Positions 25,704-38,720 of a stretch of DNA of 64,000 bases are shown piece after piece. Location of the stretch: contig CDPCPM010000744.1 in assembly GCA_976551045.1 (NCBI GenBank), positions 12,462,001-12,526,000 of the forward strand, read 5' to 3'. The DNA is from Glaucostegus cemiculus. Taxonomy: Eukaryota. Position numbers and translations under genes: made by a program. Below the pieces are notes generated by a model. The model was not told the origin of the DNA. It ran no database searches and worked only from the letters and a program-made list of their open reading frames with translations. The number at the start of each line of letters is the position of its first letter. Positions within the stretch are counted from its first letter, which is position 1.

Positions 25704-25800
25704 CTGAGACGCCAACTGCAGCCAAGATGGGGTAATAAAATGTTTGTATATCATACAGCACAAGTAAAATCTTGAGCTTGAGTAGGAAACTCAGAGCCAA
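25704..25800 (-). pseudogene. GPR139/GPR142-like GPCR pseudogene, exon 1 (TTG at the initiator position)
   Basis: LALSFLLKLKILLVLYDIQTFYYPILAAVGVS-G|gtaagt. Phase 1 matches exon 2 at 15545. Its 97 nt equal the distance from the second ATG to the donor in the intact paralog. Confidence 0.88.
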
Positions 25801-25888
25801 CTTTTGTTTTCTTGTAACGATCGATGGTGTGATACTGCTTCACGTACCGGGGCAATTCTCTGACTGACACGAAGGGAAACTTCCCTTT

Positions 25889-25948
25889 ATTTATAGCCAA
25901 GAAAATCCAGTCAAGCAGTGAATGGAGTCCCATGGGAGCTGGATTAAC
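25889..25948 (-). promoter_or_regulatory. GPCR core promoter: TATAAAT, EBF/Olf-1 palindrome TCCCATGGGA, homeodomain core TAATCC
   Basis: TATAAAT 25895-25889; TCCCATGGGA 25928-25937; GGATTA 25941-25946. Confidence 0.6.
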
Positions 25949-28426
25949 TACGATCATTGAACAAACATTTCACGACCAACCTTGTGTTCTTAATTTTACA
26001 ACGGAGAGATTTCTATTCAGGTAATTCCTTCCAGAATCATTTTCACAATATCACATGGCTCCAACTGAATTGAATGACATCAAGGCTTGTAATTCCGAGA
26101 AATTCCACGGTTTCTGCCCGACCTGTGTGTTTTCAGAACTCTGCTTTTATTTCAGATTTGCATCTGCTCAGCATTTTCTATTTGCTTCACGCTTTTACCA
26201 ACGAATGTAACTATTCAATTTAGATGCATTCATTCCAATTGTCACCAATTTTAAGTCAATTATGATTGCTGACGTTGTTTCGAATTTCTGGAGAAAGGTC
26301 TGAAATCAACCACAGGAGAGAGAAGGTCATGTTTCCTGCAAGGATGCATCTTCAGATGTCCTGGAACAGAAAGCCTCGTCTCAAGGACAGATGCAGCAGA
26401 GATCGTGAAACTGGGCGAAAAGGATGACATCCTTACAAGAGACAGGATGGGAAGAGGTGATACTATTTTCTTAAATCAGGTATACATTCAGAAATAGAAT
26501 TACCTTCCCTGGTGTTTATCTGCACTGGAATTGACAGGATCTCGTCATCTCCTGTAACTGCCCCATTTGACAGTATATCTAATTCTCTCTTCTGCTACCG
26601 TGGCATTCCCTTTTACTGCTCAGCATTTAACAAGCTTAAATTGTTCGCTTCTTAAAACCAACAACAATATTTTGACACTGGGGGAATATGCGCTGAGAAT
26701 TTCCTTGTTGCATTGAAACCAAGAACCAGAAGTAGCTCAAACTGAGGGCTAAAAGTTACCATCTGTCCTCCAGTTCAAAGCAATTACGTTCCCCTATTCT
26801 AGGGAAACGGCACATGAGGTGAGAGTTATGTGGAGCTCCCACTGGATGGAATAGGTCACGAATAAGACTGGCCCTCACAGAAATGGGACTAACGCCGTTC
26901 CTGGTTACCTCCGAGGAGAATGAGGTGGCCGAACAATTACCAACTGCAGATCCAACCTGAAGGAAAACTTGACGGTGGGATCTGCGTAGCAAGGCCACAA
27001 ACAAGATGCAAAATGTCGGCACTGCATCTGCGGGGGACGTTCGTGTATTGAATCAGCAGAAGATAATAAATCTTACCTGCGCCCTTGTGTATTGTGAATA
27101 GCTCTGTACTCCAATAGAGAAAACAAACTCGCAGCACCAAGCCTGGCAATTCTTCTGTATAAATCTTGCAACAAGATTGACTCATTCCAGTGCAGTACCG
27201 TATTCACTCACTCCATCCAGGATTCCACCCTCATCTCAGCAATAGCTCTCCTCTTGGTACTCACAAAAGATGATCCGAGGGCAACTGCTCCTAATGAAAC
27301 AAATTTGAGCACCGGTTTTCTCAGCAGAAATAGATGGGTCTGCCGACGCCAAATGATCTTCACAACCTTGCATCCATTTTGGATATAAGTGACCAGGCAA
27401 GCCTAACAGAAGTCAAAGGTCCAATACTTTCTTGAAAGCAGCAAAGTCTTTAGTGTAAATTGGCCAACCTCTAGTTTAATGACCCACCAGGTCATGTCAG
27501 GCAGAAGCATCTGCTATTTTATTGGTCTTTGAACAGTAATTGAACAGAGGGACGTGTGACTGTGGATGCTGGAATGTGGAGCTACAAACAAAATGCTGCT
27601 TGAACTCAGCGGTTCTTTGTCTTTCTGTCTCTCTGTCTACCAATTTCCGCCAGTAATTTTACACATAGTGTGACTCGCATATGGGTATCACCCTCGGAAC
27701 ATGGAACCAGCTCTGCTGTGCCTTCTGGTTATCACATCCAGTTTCAATGACTCTTTTGAAGATTGATTACTGAGTGGCCAGTCATGTCAATAAGCGCACG
27801 TGAGATCGCTCTTGGACCATTATGAACAGTCTTAATACCCCCGAGTCATCTTTTGCGGATCCCAAGAGCAACTTTGGTCTAGTCCTGCAAGAGTCAGTGT
27901 CTCCTTCCTGTTCTATTCCATCAGGGGAAACCTTCCCAAACCTCCATTTCCACAGGCACATTGAGTAGAGAGGAGAGGGAAACATGGAGAGGAGGTAACA
28001 GGGGATTATGTGAAATGGGGCAGGAACGCGAGATGGCGAGAGCACATCAGCTTCCGTGCATATGCATAGGAGGAAAGAAGTTCCCGACTGGGTACACAAA
28101 TGATATTATCTATAGAAATGCATTCCTCCATTCCTCCCCTTGAGTTGTTAATTTCTATGGTTCGATGATTACCTGAACTACATCATTACAGTATCCCTTT
28201 TATCGTTTTGATGTTCACCACTTCGTCCAGTTATCATCTGCAAACATTGAAGTTTTACATTGTATTAAATCGTACACCCTTGTGGACGGAAGCAATAGTC
28301 CTAGCAGAAATCTTCGGGGGTCATTACCTTCCCCTCGGTCTGAGTTTGCTAATGTTCTTTCAAAAACAGGGAACTGGTATGTTGTTATACGTCTCAAAAC
28401 TTCCACATGTACAGTAAGTTCTGTTC

Positions 28427-29300
28427 ACAAGATCACAAGACAAGGGAACGTAAGTAGGCCACTCGGCCCGTCGAGTCTTCTCCAAAGGGAAGGGGTGTGG
28501 GGGAAAAGGGGGAAAACATTTTAACCTCAAATTCCAGCTTTATCTCCATATCCCTTAATACCTTGACCAGTTAGGCATCTGTCTATCTCCTTCTTGAATA
28601 TCTCCAATGATCTGGCCTCCACTGCTTTCTGTGGCAAAGAATTCCACAAATTCACCACCCAGCGGCTAAAGAAATTTCTCCTCATCTCTGTTTTAAACCT
28701 GCACCCACTAATTCTAAGGTTGTGCCCTCTGGTCCTGGACTCCCCCACAAAGGGAAACAGCTTGGCCATATCCACTCTGTCCAGTCCTCTCAACACTTTG
28801 TAAGTTTCTATCAGGTCCCCTCTCATTCTTCTGTACTCCAGACATTCCAGTCCAAGTGCCACAGAAGCTCATCATACGTAAGCCTTTTCATCCCAGGAAT
28901 CATCCTCGTAAATCTCCTCTGAACCCTCTCCAAAATCAGTATATCCTTTCTTAGAAATGCGTCCCAAAACTGTACACAGTACTCCAAATGAGGCCTCACC
29001 AGTGCCCCGTATAACTTAATCAACACTTCCTTGCTTTTATATACTATACCCCTCGAAATGAATGCCAATTTAGCATTCGCTTTCCTTACCGCCGATCCGA
29101 CCTGGTAGTTATCCTGTACGAGCACCCCCAACTCCCTTTGTACTTCTGTATTACCAATTTTATCTCCTTCTAGATAATAGTCTGCCTGTTTATTTCTGCT
29201 TCCGAGGTGTACAACTGCACATTTCTCCACATTGAATCTCATCTGCCATTTCCTCGCCCATTCTCCTTGACTATCTAAGTCTCTCTGCTGCCTGCTCTCT
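28427..29300 (-). mobile_element. 5'-truncated CR1 of the same family as 20535-25111
   Basis: Same tail (TCCCTTGTCTTGTGATCTTGTGAA on minus); LYGALVRPHLEYCVQFW, GIKGYGDKAG. Absent from copy A. Confidence 0.93.
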
Positions 29301-30126
29301 GGTTCTATATTTGTAATGGGAATCACGACGGTGCCCGCTTTACAATTCACTCTTCCAGTGTGAGATTGCATAGGAGTGAATGCAATGGGCTTCCCTTGTC
29401 CATCACCTACCACGTGGTTTATTAATTCGCCTGCCCCGCAACGTGACACGTCACCCACCAACCGGAAATGTGTAAATTATTACAACGAACAAAGAGAGTT
29501 TCACTTGCTGAGCCTTTATTGCTTTCTCCCCTTCCACCGTGTTAGTTTTGGCCAACAGCCATTTTCCATCTGATGTAAAGTGACGATACAGTCTAGGTAC
29601 TGCAGCAAATCGATCGATAATCCCATGTTTACTCCATACTTCACATCAGCAACTCTCCAAGGTTTGGAACTGTTCAAATAGTCTGTGGAACTTTACAAAA
29701 TGAAGAGCAATGCAATTATTCTGCAACTGTGACTATTTACTCTGTATTCTGTTGTTGGTTTAACCCTGTATTTTCTCAATGCCCTGTGTAATGAATTGAT
29801 CTATACGAACGGTATGCAAGGCAGCTTTTTCACTGTACCTCGGAACAAGTGACAATAATAAACCAATAACAATAAAGCCACTTCCTAATTGCTCTGAGGT
29901 ACAGCTTGTCTGGCTCTGCCGATTTATCGGTCTTTGATCGCATTGATTTCCTTAACACTAGTTCCTCGCTGATTTCATTCAGTTCCTGCAATAGTTCCTC
30001 CAATATTTACAAAATCATGAGGGGCATAGATAGGACAGATGCAGTCTTTTCCCAGGGTAGGGTAGCCTAAAACTAGAGGGCGCAGATTTAAAGTGAGACG
30101 GGAGAAATTTTTATTAAATATTAAAT

Positions 30127-30300
30127 ACATTTTATTTACACCGTGGTAACAGGCCCTTTCGGCCCAACCAGTCCGCGCCGCCCATTTTAAAACCCCCAAA
30201 TTAACCTACCCGTACGTCTTTTTTTTAGAATGTGGGAGGAAACCGGAGCACCCGGAGGACACCCACGCAGACACGGGAGAACGTACAAACTGTTTACAAA
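30127..30300 (-). mobile_element. 5'-truncated V-SINE
   Basis: Closely similar to the 3' half of the SINE at 3793-4045. Confidence 0.85.
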
Positions 30301-31949
30301 TTTAAGGGAGACCGAGTGTGGTGGTTATATGGAAGGAGCTGCCGGAGCGGCTTTAGAGGCAGATGCATTTGCAACGTTTTTAAAAGCACTGGGAAGGCTA
30401 TTTGGACAGGAAACGAACAAAGGGACAGGGCCTAATGTTTGCAGATGAGATTAGCGTTGATTGCCTTCGCGGTTGACATGGTAGTGGATAGAAAGTGTCC
30501 ATTTCTATGCTGGATGGTTATATGATTATATAAATCAAACCTCGACAATAATGATGTCAAAGGGTCTGGTATTGAATTTGTTCAGTTTCTACATTTGCTG
30601 TCAGAGTTCTGATCCTGTACTAGGAATTCCAATTTGACTAGGATCTCATGGGATTCAAAAAAAACTAATCTCACTATGGAAAACTCTGGATTATAATGAA
30701 ACGCTTCCCGGGTTATTATCTTCGTCCAGGGAAATTAAACTGCGTTCATGAACCTGTCTGACCTATTTGAGAATCTAGACCAAGCTCTTAAATGAATACT
30801 CGGTTTGGGTGCAAACTGAGATGGGTAATAAATGCCGCCAATGCCTGATGCATCCACAAGGAGTGAATGAGGAAACAGACTGATGAGTTATAACTTGATT
30901 TGGAGCGTTGGTGATGACTGGGGGAAAGGATGCATTTCTCCATGTCTTGCCTGATCTCAAAACCTCCCAGGGCCAATGAAACACTCTTGAAGAGCGCTCA
31001 TCTTGTAATCTGGGGAGTACAGACTCACTGCAGGCTCCCAGACACTGCAAACTGAACTGGCTGTGGCGCACTGTAGGGTGCACATGGGGAAGGTGTGGAA
31101 AATAGTAAAGTTTAAATGTGAGAAATAGACATTGCAACGATTCACAGCAAATGGGAGAGGAGGAGCAATAAACGGGCGGGGGGCGCTACGATCACATTGA
31201 CAATGCTTGACATTTGAGATACTTGAACCTGTCGTCACTTGTTACATGTTATGGAAAACCATAATCCCTGCACATCCACACGTTGAAGCGCACCCAGTAA
31301 ACGGAATCCTGGGTCACCGCACTTAGGGAACAGCTTGGCACTGAAATCTTTCTCATTGCCGTTATCAACCCAAGTCAAGTGTAATCAAGTTTTCTGACCC
31401 GATCAAAGGTACTTAAAACAAATGATTACAAATATTAGGGAACGCGATCCAAGCAAATTGTTACGTTCGCGGAAACAGGTGTGCAAACCTCTGAGAAGCA
31501 AGCAAGATAGACTTTCCTGGCTGAAAAGTTTTTCAAAGCAAAATTATGTTGAGACCTTTATCTCCAGATTTTCACTTTCGGTTGCATTCAGAAAGACATT
31601 TGAAGATTCAACGAAGCAGCTACGCCTTCAAATGAACCAACTTTCTCCCGTTGAAATATTCTTTCCGAATCGCATCTCCCACTGAAACTTTGGGCAGAGT
31701 TGTAGCATTCGGTTAAACCTCCTTTCGCTGGCTTTCCGTATGAATAAATGTTGTTGCTCCTTACTCCTAGGCTTAGAGATGTGGAGAGGGGAACAGGCTA
31801 TAAAGTACTCAGAGCGGAGGCACAAATAATTAATAAATAGAGGTGTGTTGGTGCAGAGAGTTCTGAGCTCCAGAAGAGGACAAATTCAACCGAACGAAGA
31901 TTTCAAAATTAGGGAGTGTGGGCACTGAGTGAGGCGGAGTAGTGAAACT

Positions 31950-32900
31950 ACTTTACTCCGTGCACATTCCCGAATGCGGGGTCAAATGCTGCTCTAACTA
32001 CACACACAATGTTACAGATAACACCACTATAGAGGGCCGAAGCCAAAATAATTCTTAGTCAGAGTACAGAAAGGAGATAGAGAGCATTGTGACATGGTGT
32101 TCTGAATACATTTCCCTCAATGTCAGCAACAGAGGTGCATGTCATTGAATTCAGCAACGGGGCGGTGCACATGCACCTGTCTGCATCAATGGTGCTGAGG
32201 TTGAGATGGTTGAGCGCTTCATGCACTTAGGGGAGAACAACACCAGTAATCTGTCCGGGTCCGTCCACGAAGAAGGCACGGCCAAGAAAGCGCACCATCG
32301 ATTCTCCTTCCTCAGGGAGATATAAAAAAAAGTTCGATATATCCCCGTTGACATCATTAATTTTTACAGATGCACAATAGAAAACATCCTGTCCGAATGC
32401 ATCGCGGTTTAGTATGGCAGCTGCTCTGCCGGAGACCGCAAGAAACTGTAGAGAGTTGTGGACACAGCTCAGCACATCACGGAAACCAGCCCTCCCTTCC
32501 ATGGTCTCTGACCTCGCTCTGCCTCGGTAAAGCAGCCAACATAATCAAAGACCCCATCCACCGAGGATATTCTCTCTTTTCCCCCCACCCAACGGGCAGA
32601 TGATACAAACGCCAAAAGGCACGTACCACCAGGTTCAAGGACAGTCTCTATCCCGTTGTTATAAGACTATTGAACTGTCCCTTAGTCCGAAAAGATGGAC
32701 TGTTGATCTCACAATCTACTTTGTCATGGCCTTGCACCTACTATCGTCCTGCACTGCACTTTCTCTGTAACACTTTATTCTGCATATAGTTATTAATTTC
32801 CCCTTGTCCTACCTCTGTACTAATGTTATGAAGTGATCTGTATGGATGATATTTTTCACTGTATCGCGGTGCATGTGACAATAATAAACCGATTTACTAA
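31950..32900 (+). mobile_element. Rex/Babar-type LINE 3' fragment with tail
   Basis: Paralog of 3290-4260; ends in an AATAAACC…ACCAATTT tail. Confidence 0.75.
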
Positions 32901-33504
32901 TTGATTTACCAATTTACTGGAGGAGAGATATCTTCTGTAATATTACAAAGATTCGAACTACAAAGAGTTGCACAGAGAGCTGATTGTGAACGGAGTGTAT
33001 TTCGAATTGTGCTAAACTGAGTTACTGGGTCGAAAGTCAGGTAGGGGCTGCTAAAATAAAATCAGATTACATTTGGGAGGTAAAGTAGATGAAACGGGTA
33101 GCTTAAACTGGGAATCTAATAACACAGATTTCTGTAAATAATACACAATTTTTTCGACAATGGAGGGATCAGCTTGGTTACTGTGCCTTGCTATTCCTGA
33201 ACTAAGTAGGAACTTCAGGACACTTCTTGTGCCTTGGCGGCTGAGATGTAAACAGCACGTACAGCTGTATGAACTCCAGGCAGGACACTGGAGCTTGAGT
33301 TGATTGAGTGAATCATCGCGAGGTGTGAGGGAAGTTGAGAGTTTCCCGGATCGCAAGACTCAGGAGGGGCCATGTTCCAGCTTCAGAGATCAGAGGGCAT
33401 TTTTTTTAAAGCAGGAAGAAGCAGAAAGAGTGGAAATCTTCAGTGCGTGTGGCTTTTCTACTCTAGGAACTAGGGATCGGTGCGGCTGGTAACACATTTG
33501 CCCT

Positions 33505-34260
33505 GTCAAAGTCAAAGTCCAGTTTATTGTCATATATACAAATACATGGATGCACGGATGCAATTGGAAACTTGCTAACAGCAACGTCACAGGGCTTGGC
33601 ATCGTATAAACACCATTCACAAGAAAAAAAATAAATTATACGCATTTGTTTTACAAGAAAGAGCACAATTCGATAAAGATGTCCCATATGAGTACAAGAT
33701 GAACAGTGATCACATTTTTACCAAACTGTAACGATTGGGGTTGTGCCCGTTGATTCAAGAAATGATTGGTTGAAGAGAAGAGCTGTTCTTCAACTTTGTG
33801 TGTAGGACTTAGATCTTATATAGCTCTGCACTTGATGGCAGCTGCGAGAAGATGGTATGGCGCGGATGGTGAGGATCTTTGATGTTAGATGTTGCCTTCT
33901 TGAGGTAGCGCCTGCTGTAAATACTACTGATCGTGGTGGATTGGGCTGAGGACACTACTCTGCAACTTCTAACTGGCGTACCAGACCATGAAACAACCAG
34001 TCAGGACACTTTCAACAGGAAAACTGTAGAAGTTTGTTGGCGTGCTCGGACAAGCCGATCTTGGATTCTTAACCTCCTAAGAAAGTAAAGATGCCAATGC
34101 GTCTTACTTATGATTGCATCGATGTGCTGGGTCAAGCATAGGTCATCCGATGTTAACGTCCAAGAATTCAAAGCATTTGCTTCGCTCCGCCGCCAATCAC
34201 TCATTGCAGGCTGGCGCACGTTCGCTCTCCTTTACCTTCCTGAAGTCGTGCTGTCCAGAG
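33505..34260 (-). mobile_element. Rex/Babar-type LINE 3' fragment
   Basis: Minus translation HIDAIISKTHWHLYFLRRLR; (GTCAAA)n tail. Confidence 0.65.
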
Positions 34261-34909
34261 TGTAGCGTTAAGGGACAAAGGACTACATTGAGGGAACAGA
34301 GAAAATTCTCAGTGCTGTAGTCATAATAGATCATAGAATCACGATGATAGGGAGGTATTTCTGTAAATGTCAATATGTGTTGCCTCTCTGGTACCATTTT
34401 CAAAAGATATCACAAAGAGAGAGTAGAGCTTTGCAATAGAAGAAAGGAGACAAGGTCGATATTCCCATTTAAACCAAGGACACAGAAGGCTGAGTGGTCC
34501 TAATAGATTCATGAGCTCTGGAAGAAGTTCAACGTAGGACAGTGAAGGTCGGTCATCGCGCCTGGAGTATTCATCCATTTACAGTCATTTTACTTTCGGA
34601 AGAATATGGAAGTAGGGTGGATGCAGAGAAGATTCCCTACAATGTTTTCATATATGCGGGGTTTTAGCTGGAGAATCGGCGGTGGTGTTCCTGGGAGCAA
34701 TAAAGGTGGGAAGAATTTGATCGGGTGGGGAACCCAAAGGTCAGGGCTGATTTAGAGAGGTTAAGTAGGAAGAAGTTGTTCCCTTTGCACTTCCAGTTCA
34801 ACACATGCTGTTGTTGCCTTTCCCTTTGTACTACCTCAATGTACTCATGTTTTGGAATGATCTGTCTTCCCACAGAGCAGTTCTGCAAGGACTAGAACCG
34901 AAGACCTCT

Positions 34910-35830
34910 CATATATCAATGATTTGATTGAAAATGTAGACGGGTGGATTGGTAAATTTGCAGATGACCACAGGGTTGATGGAATTGTGGAGAGAATACT
35001 GTCAAAGAATACAGCTGGATATCAATCAGTGACAGATATTGGCAGAGAAGTGGTAGATGGTGTTTAATCGGGGCAAGTGTGAAGTGTTGCACTTGGGGAG
35101 GTCAAATGGGATGAGCAGGTGTCCAGTTATGGTAGATCCATTAATAGCATTGAGGTACAGGGGTATCCTGGGATCAATGTCCATAGTTCACTAAAAGGGT
35201 CTATGCAAGTGAATAAGTTGGGGAAGAAGGCATATGGAATGCTTGCCTTGATTGGTAGGGATATGGAGTATTAGAGTAAGGACATCATGCTGCAGATACA
35301 TAAAACATTAAGTCACACCGCACTTTGAGTACTGTATGCAGATCTGATCGCCTCGTAATTGGAAGGAGATTGTGGAATATATGAAGAGGTTTACCAGGGT
35401 TCTTGCTGGATTAGAGGGTGTGAGTTACAAGGATATGTTGGGCAAACTTGAATTGTTCTCCTTAGAGCATCGGAGATTGAAAGGACACCTATTGGAAGTG
35501 TTTAAAATTATGAGAGGCATTAAATAGGATGAGCAGTCATAATCTGTTCACCAGGGGACAGGCTTTTAAGGTTAGAGGGGGAAAGTTTATAGCCGGTGTG
35601 AGAAGTGTGTTTTTTTTTTACGCAGGGAGTGGTAGGTGCCTGGAATGGGTTATCAGGGGTAGTAGTGGAAGCAGGCTGCTTAGTGGAGTTCAAGAGGTTT
35701 TTAGATAGACACATGAATATGAAGGGAATGGAGGGATATGGATGATAAACAGGAGGAGGAAGTTTGATATAAACAGCATCAAGATCGGCATATCATCGTG
35801 GGCCGAGTGGCCTGTCCAGTGCTGGTCTGT
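34910..35830 (+). mobile_element. Degraded CR1 RT 3' fragment
   Basis: GWIGKFADD at ~34942-34968 followed by typical CR1 ORF2 end and 3' UTR. Confidence 0.85.
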
Positions 35831-37559
35831 TTTATGTATATGTCTGGATGGCACGCAAGACCACGGTTCTTCGTCGTATCTCGGGCCATGTGAAAACAAC
35901 AAACCAATAAACCAATAATTTCACTAAGAAAGACACAGCATGATAACAGTTAACTGAAGCTTTAATAGTAAAAATACATTGAGCGCCCAACCTTCCAACT
36001 GTGGAAGTTAAATTCGCTGTCCGTCTTTGAACGTGTAGTACATGCCCCTAGGCCGTATCAGCATTATTATACATGTAGAGCTTCACACTGTAAACACACT
36101 AAGCAGTGACTTTAACTCAGCAGCTCCCAATACAATATGCTATGGTTTATCGTATTATCAAGGCAGTAAGTAATGATCTGGCATCTCTGGAAGATAGATA
36201 TGCCATAGTGTTTATCGATGGAAGTAGCCAAGGGGGAATTTTACAGAATTCAATGCTATGTAGTCAACTATAATGTACATTGCTCGCCATCGGTTAGATT
36301 AAACAGAATAATGTCATGATATTGTATTATTTGCAGGTTGTAAAAGAGTTCTTTGCGAATGGCTTACAAACTATGCGAATCTGTGATAAACCAGTACGGC
36401 GTATCATGGAAAATTTATTTTTCGTTTTTCACAATGGTCCCCTGTTAAGTATATTTGATTCGGGGAGAAGCCTGCAGGAAGGTCACGTGGTTTGCACAAA
36501 GCAGTGGTGAGGAATCTGAACCCAGCCACCCGAGTTCAGACATTGGAGAGACCTCCTTTACCGAAGTGTGGCCTTCCCATTGTTAACGATGAGCTGTTGT
36601 CTGTCATCCACACGGCTCAGTATTTGATCGAATTAGAGCAGATATCTGTGTGTTTCCTCTAATTTATGCCATTCCATCTCTTAGTCCCTATCCCTGCAGA
36701 GTAGACACATTTTGTTCCTTGCCAGGGATCTGTGATTTATGGCTTTTCGGGATGTATAGGTCAGAGGGTGGGTCGGTGGGAGGTGGAGTGTTGGGGGCAA
36801 GGATCAAGCAGCAGACAAGGGATTCTGTTCATGACGCCACCTGTGCCTGAGTGTGCCGTCCCTGTATTTGTGCATCTGTCCACGCATGTGTGAAATCTGA
36901 TCTCTCTGCAACAGACCTCAGTCGCCTAGGAGTTTTCCCAGTGGTTCAAGAACTCGTTCGGTCAGGCCTGCGTGGTAGATGGTGAGCAAGGGCAAAGTCA
37001 CTTGTAAGTATTGACACACATGCATTTTACTACTTAGAATAATAACTGTGGATCTGAAAAGTCAGCAGTCATTGTGAGTGTTCAGTTGGCAATTGGTGCT
37101 GCTGAAGTTAATTTTCCCCTCCTTCACCGGATAATGTGCAGCTCTGTTGTTAGGGGACTCATAAATTACTCTATGTGGCATTGCGCCAACTCTCAAGCAG
37201 AGGGAGAGTTGCTTGTGTCCTTGTGTCATTGGAGGATTAATTTACAGGAGACACCCAAACGTTCTGTGACATCTCTCCATCTCTGTGGTAAAAGTCAAAG
37301 AAGTCCGCCTGGATTCCAGTTGTGTCCAGCGAAACGAGAGACCACATCAGCTCCTGTGAACAGACGCATTGAGCAAGAGAATCAGCTTTAAGGAATGATG
37401 CGAAAGTTAATGGTTTTACATTATTGTTTAAGCTAATGAGGCTGGAGTCTGGGACCCAGAGTGAATATGCAGCAGCTGGGGATGCTGAATCATATGTAGA
37501 GAAAAAAAACAGGAGGTCCAGTGGGAAGAGCAGCTGTCACAAGAGGAGAACCCATGAGT

Positions 37560-38720
37560 GGCTGGGTAGGCTTAACTGTATTTACTTTAATGCACGGGGC
37601 TGCACGGGTAAGGTAGATTAGCTGAGAGTGTGGATCAGTACGGAGGATTATGATCCTGTTGCAATGATGGTAATGTGGTTGGAGGAACAGCACGACTGCA
37701 AACTCACATGCCCGTGGTATAGAGGTTTCAGGCATAACACGGGGTGCAAAAGGGAAGTAATCTGGTACTACTGATAAGGGAGACCATTACAGTACTCGAA
37801 GTGAAGGATATCTTGGAGAGATGGACAAATCGTGCTATGTGGATGGAACTTAAGAATAAGGAAGGGGTGATCACCTTGAGGGGTTGTACTATTCCAATCC
37901 CATCAGTCAGCAGGGGTGAAAAGAACAAAGAGGCCTTGAGGTGCGTCTACAACTCCCTGGTAAAGGTAACACAGTTGTAGTGAAGTCGTGAAGAAAGCAA
38001 TTGTTAAGCTTCAGGAGCAAGACACAAAAAGAGCTGGGGGAATTTAGCAAGTCAGGCAGCATCCATGAAGGGAAATAAACAGTCGACGCTTCAGTCCGAG
38101 ATACTTCATCAGAGCTGGTATGTTAGCCTTGATGGACCGAGGCATTTAATATAACATTTTGGAGGTCATGTTGCAGCTGTACGAAACCGCAACTGAAGCA
38201 TTGTGTACAGTTCTGGTCGTTGGATCTGGGGAAGGATGTGGTAGCAATAGAGAGAGTGCAAATATTCACCAGGATGTTGTGCAGACAGGAGGATTTTAGT
38301 TATGAGAATCGATTACATAGATTTGGTTTTTTCTCACTTGATCGTAAGCGGCTTCAAGATGTCCTTACTGAGCTTCAAAAAACTATGATGGTCATAGATA
38401 GGGCAGATTGTGTCGTTTTCCCAACGCAGGGAAGTCCAGACTAGGGGACGCAGGTTTAAGGTGACATGGAAGAAAAACTTAACCTACCGGGTTAAAGTTT
38501 CACACAGAGGGTGGTGGTTTTCCGGAACGAACTGCCAGACGACGTGGTGGAGGCAGATGCAATTCCAGTGTGTAAAGGGCATTTGGATAGGGCGGGATCA
38601 GAGAGATATGGGCCGATCGAAGGGAAATAGGATGAGCGTAGAGAAGCATCTCGGTCGACATGGTCGAGGTGCATCGCAAGGGTCAGTGCCTAGGCTGTAC
38701 ATTTCTATGATTCTGCATGA
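37560..38720 (+). mobile_element. Degraded CR1 fragments (endonuclease and 3' end)
   Basis: LNCIYFNARG, WMELKNKEG, KDVVAIERVQ, TRGRRFKV. Confidence 0.75.

Larger units (their letters stand above)
28020..32690 (+). repeat. Segmental duplication, copy B (paralogous to 1-4265)
   Basis: See copy A. Lacks A's ~355-735 and carries private CR1 and V-SINE insertions. Confidence 0.92.

Noticed and set aside
25751-25957. ATG-containing minus ORF overlapping GPCR exon 1
   Set aside because: Different frame from YYPILAAVG, begins upstream of the TATA box and stops before the donor.
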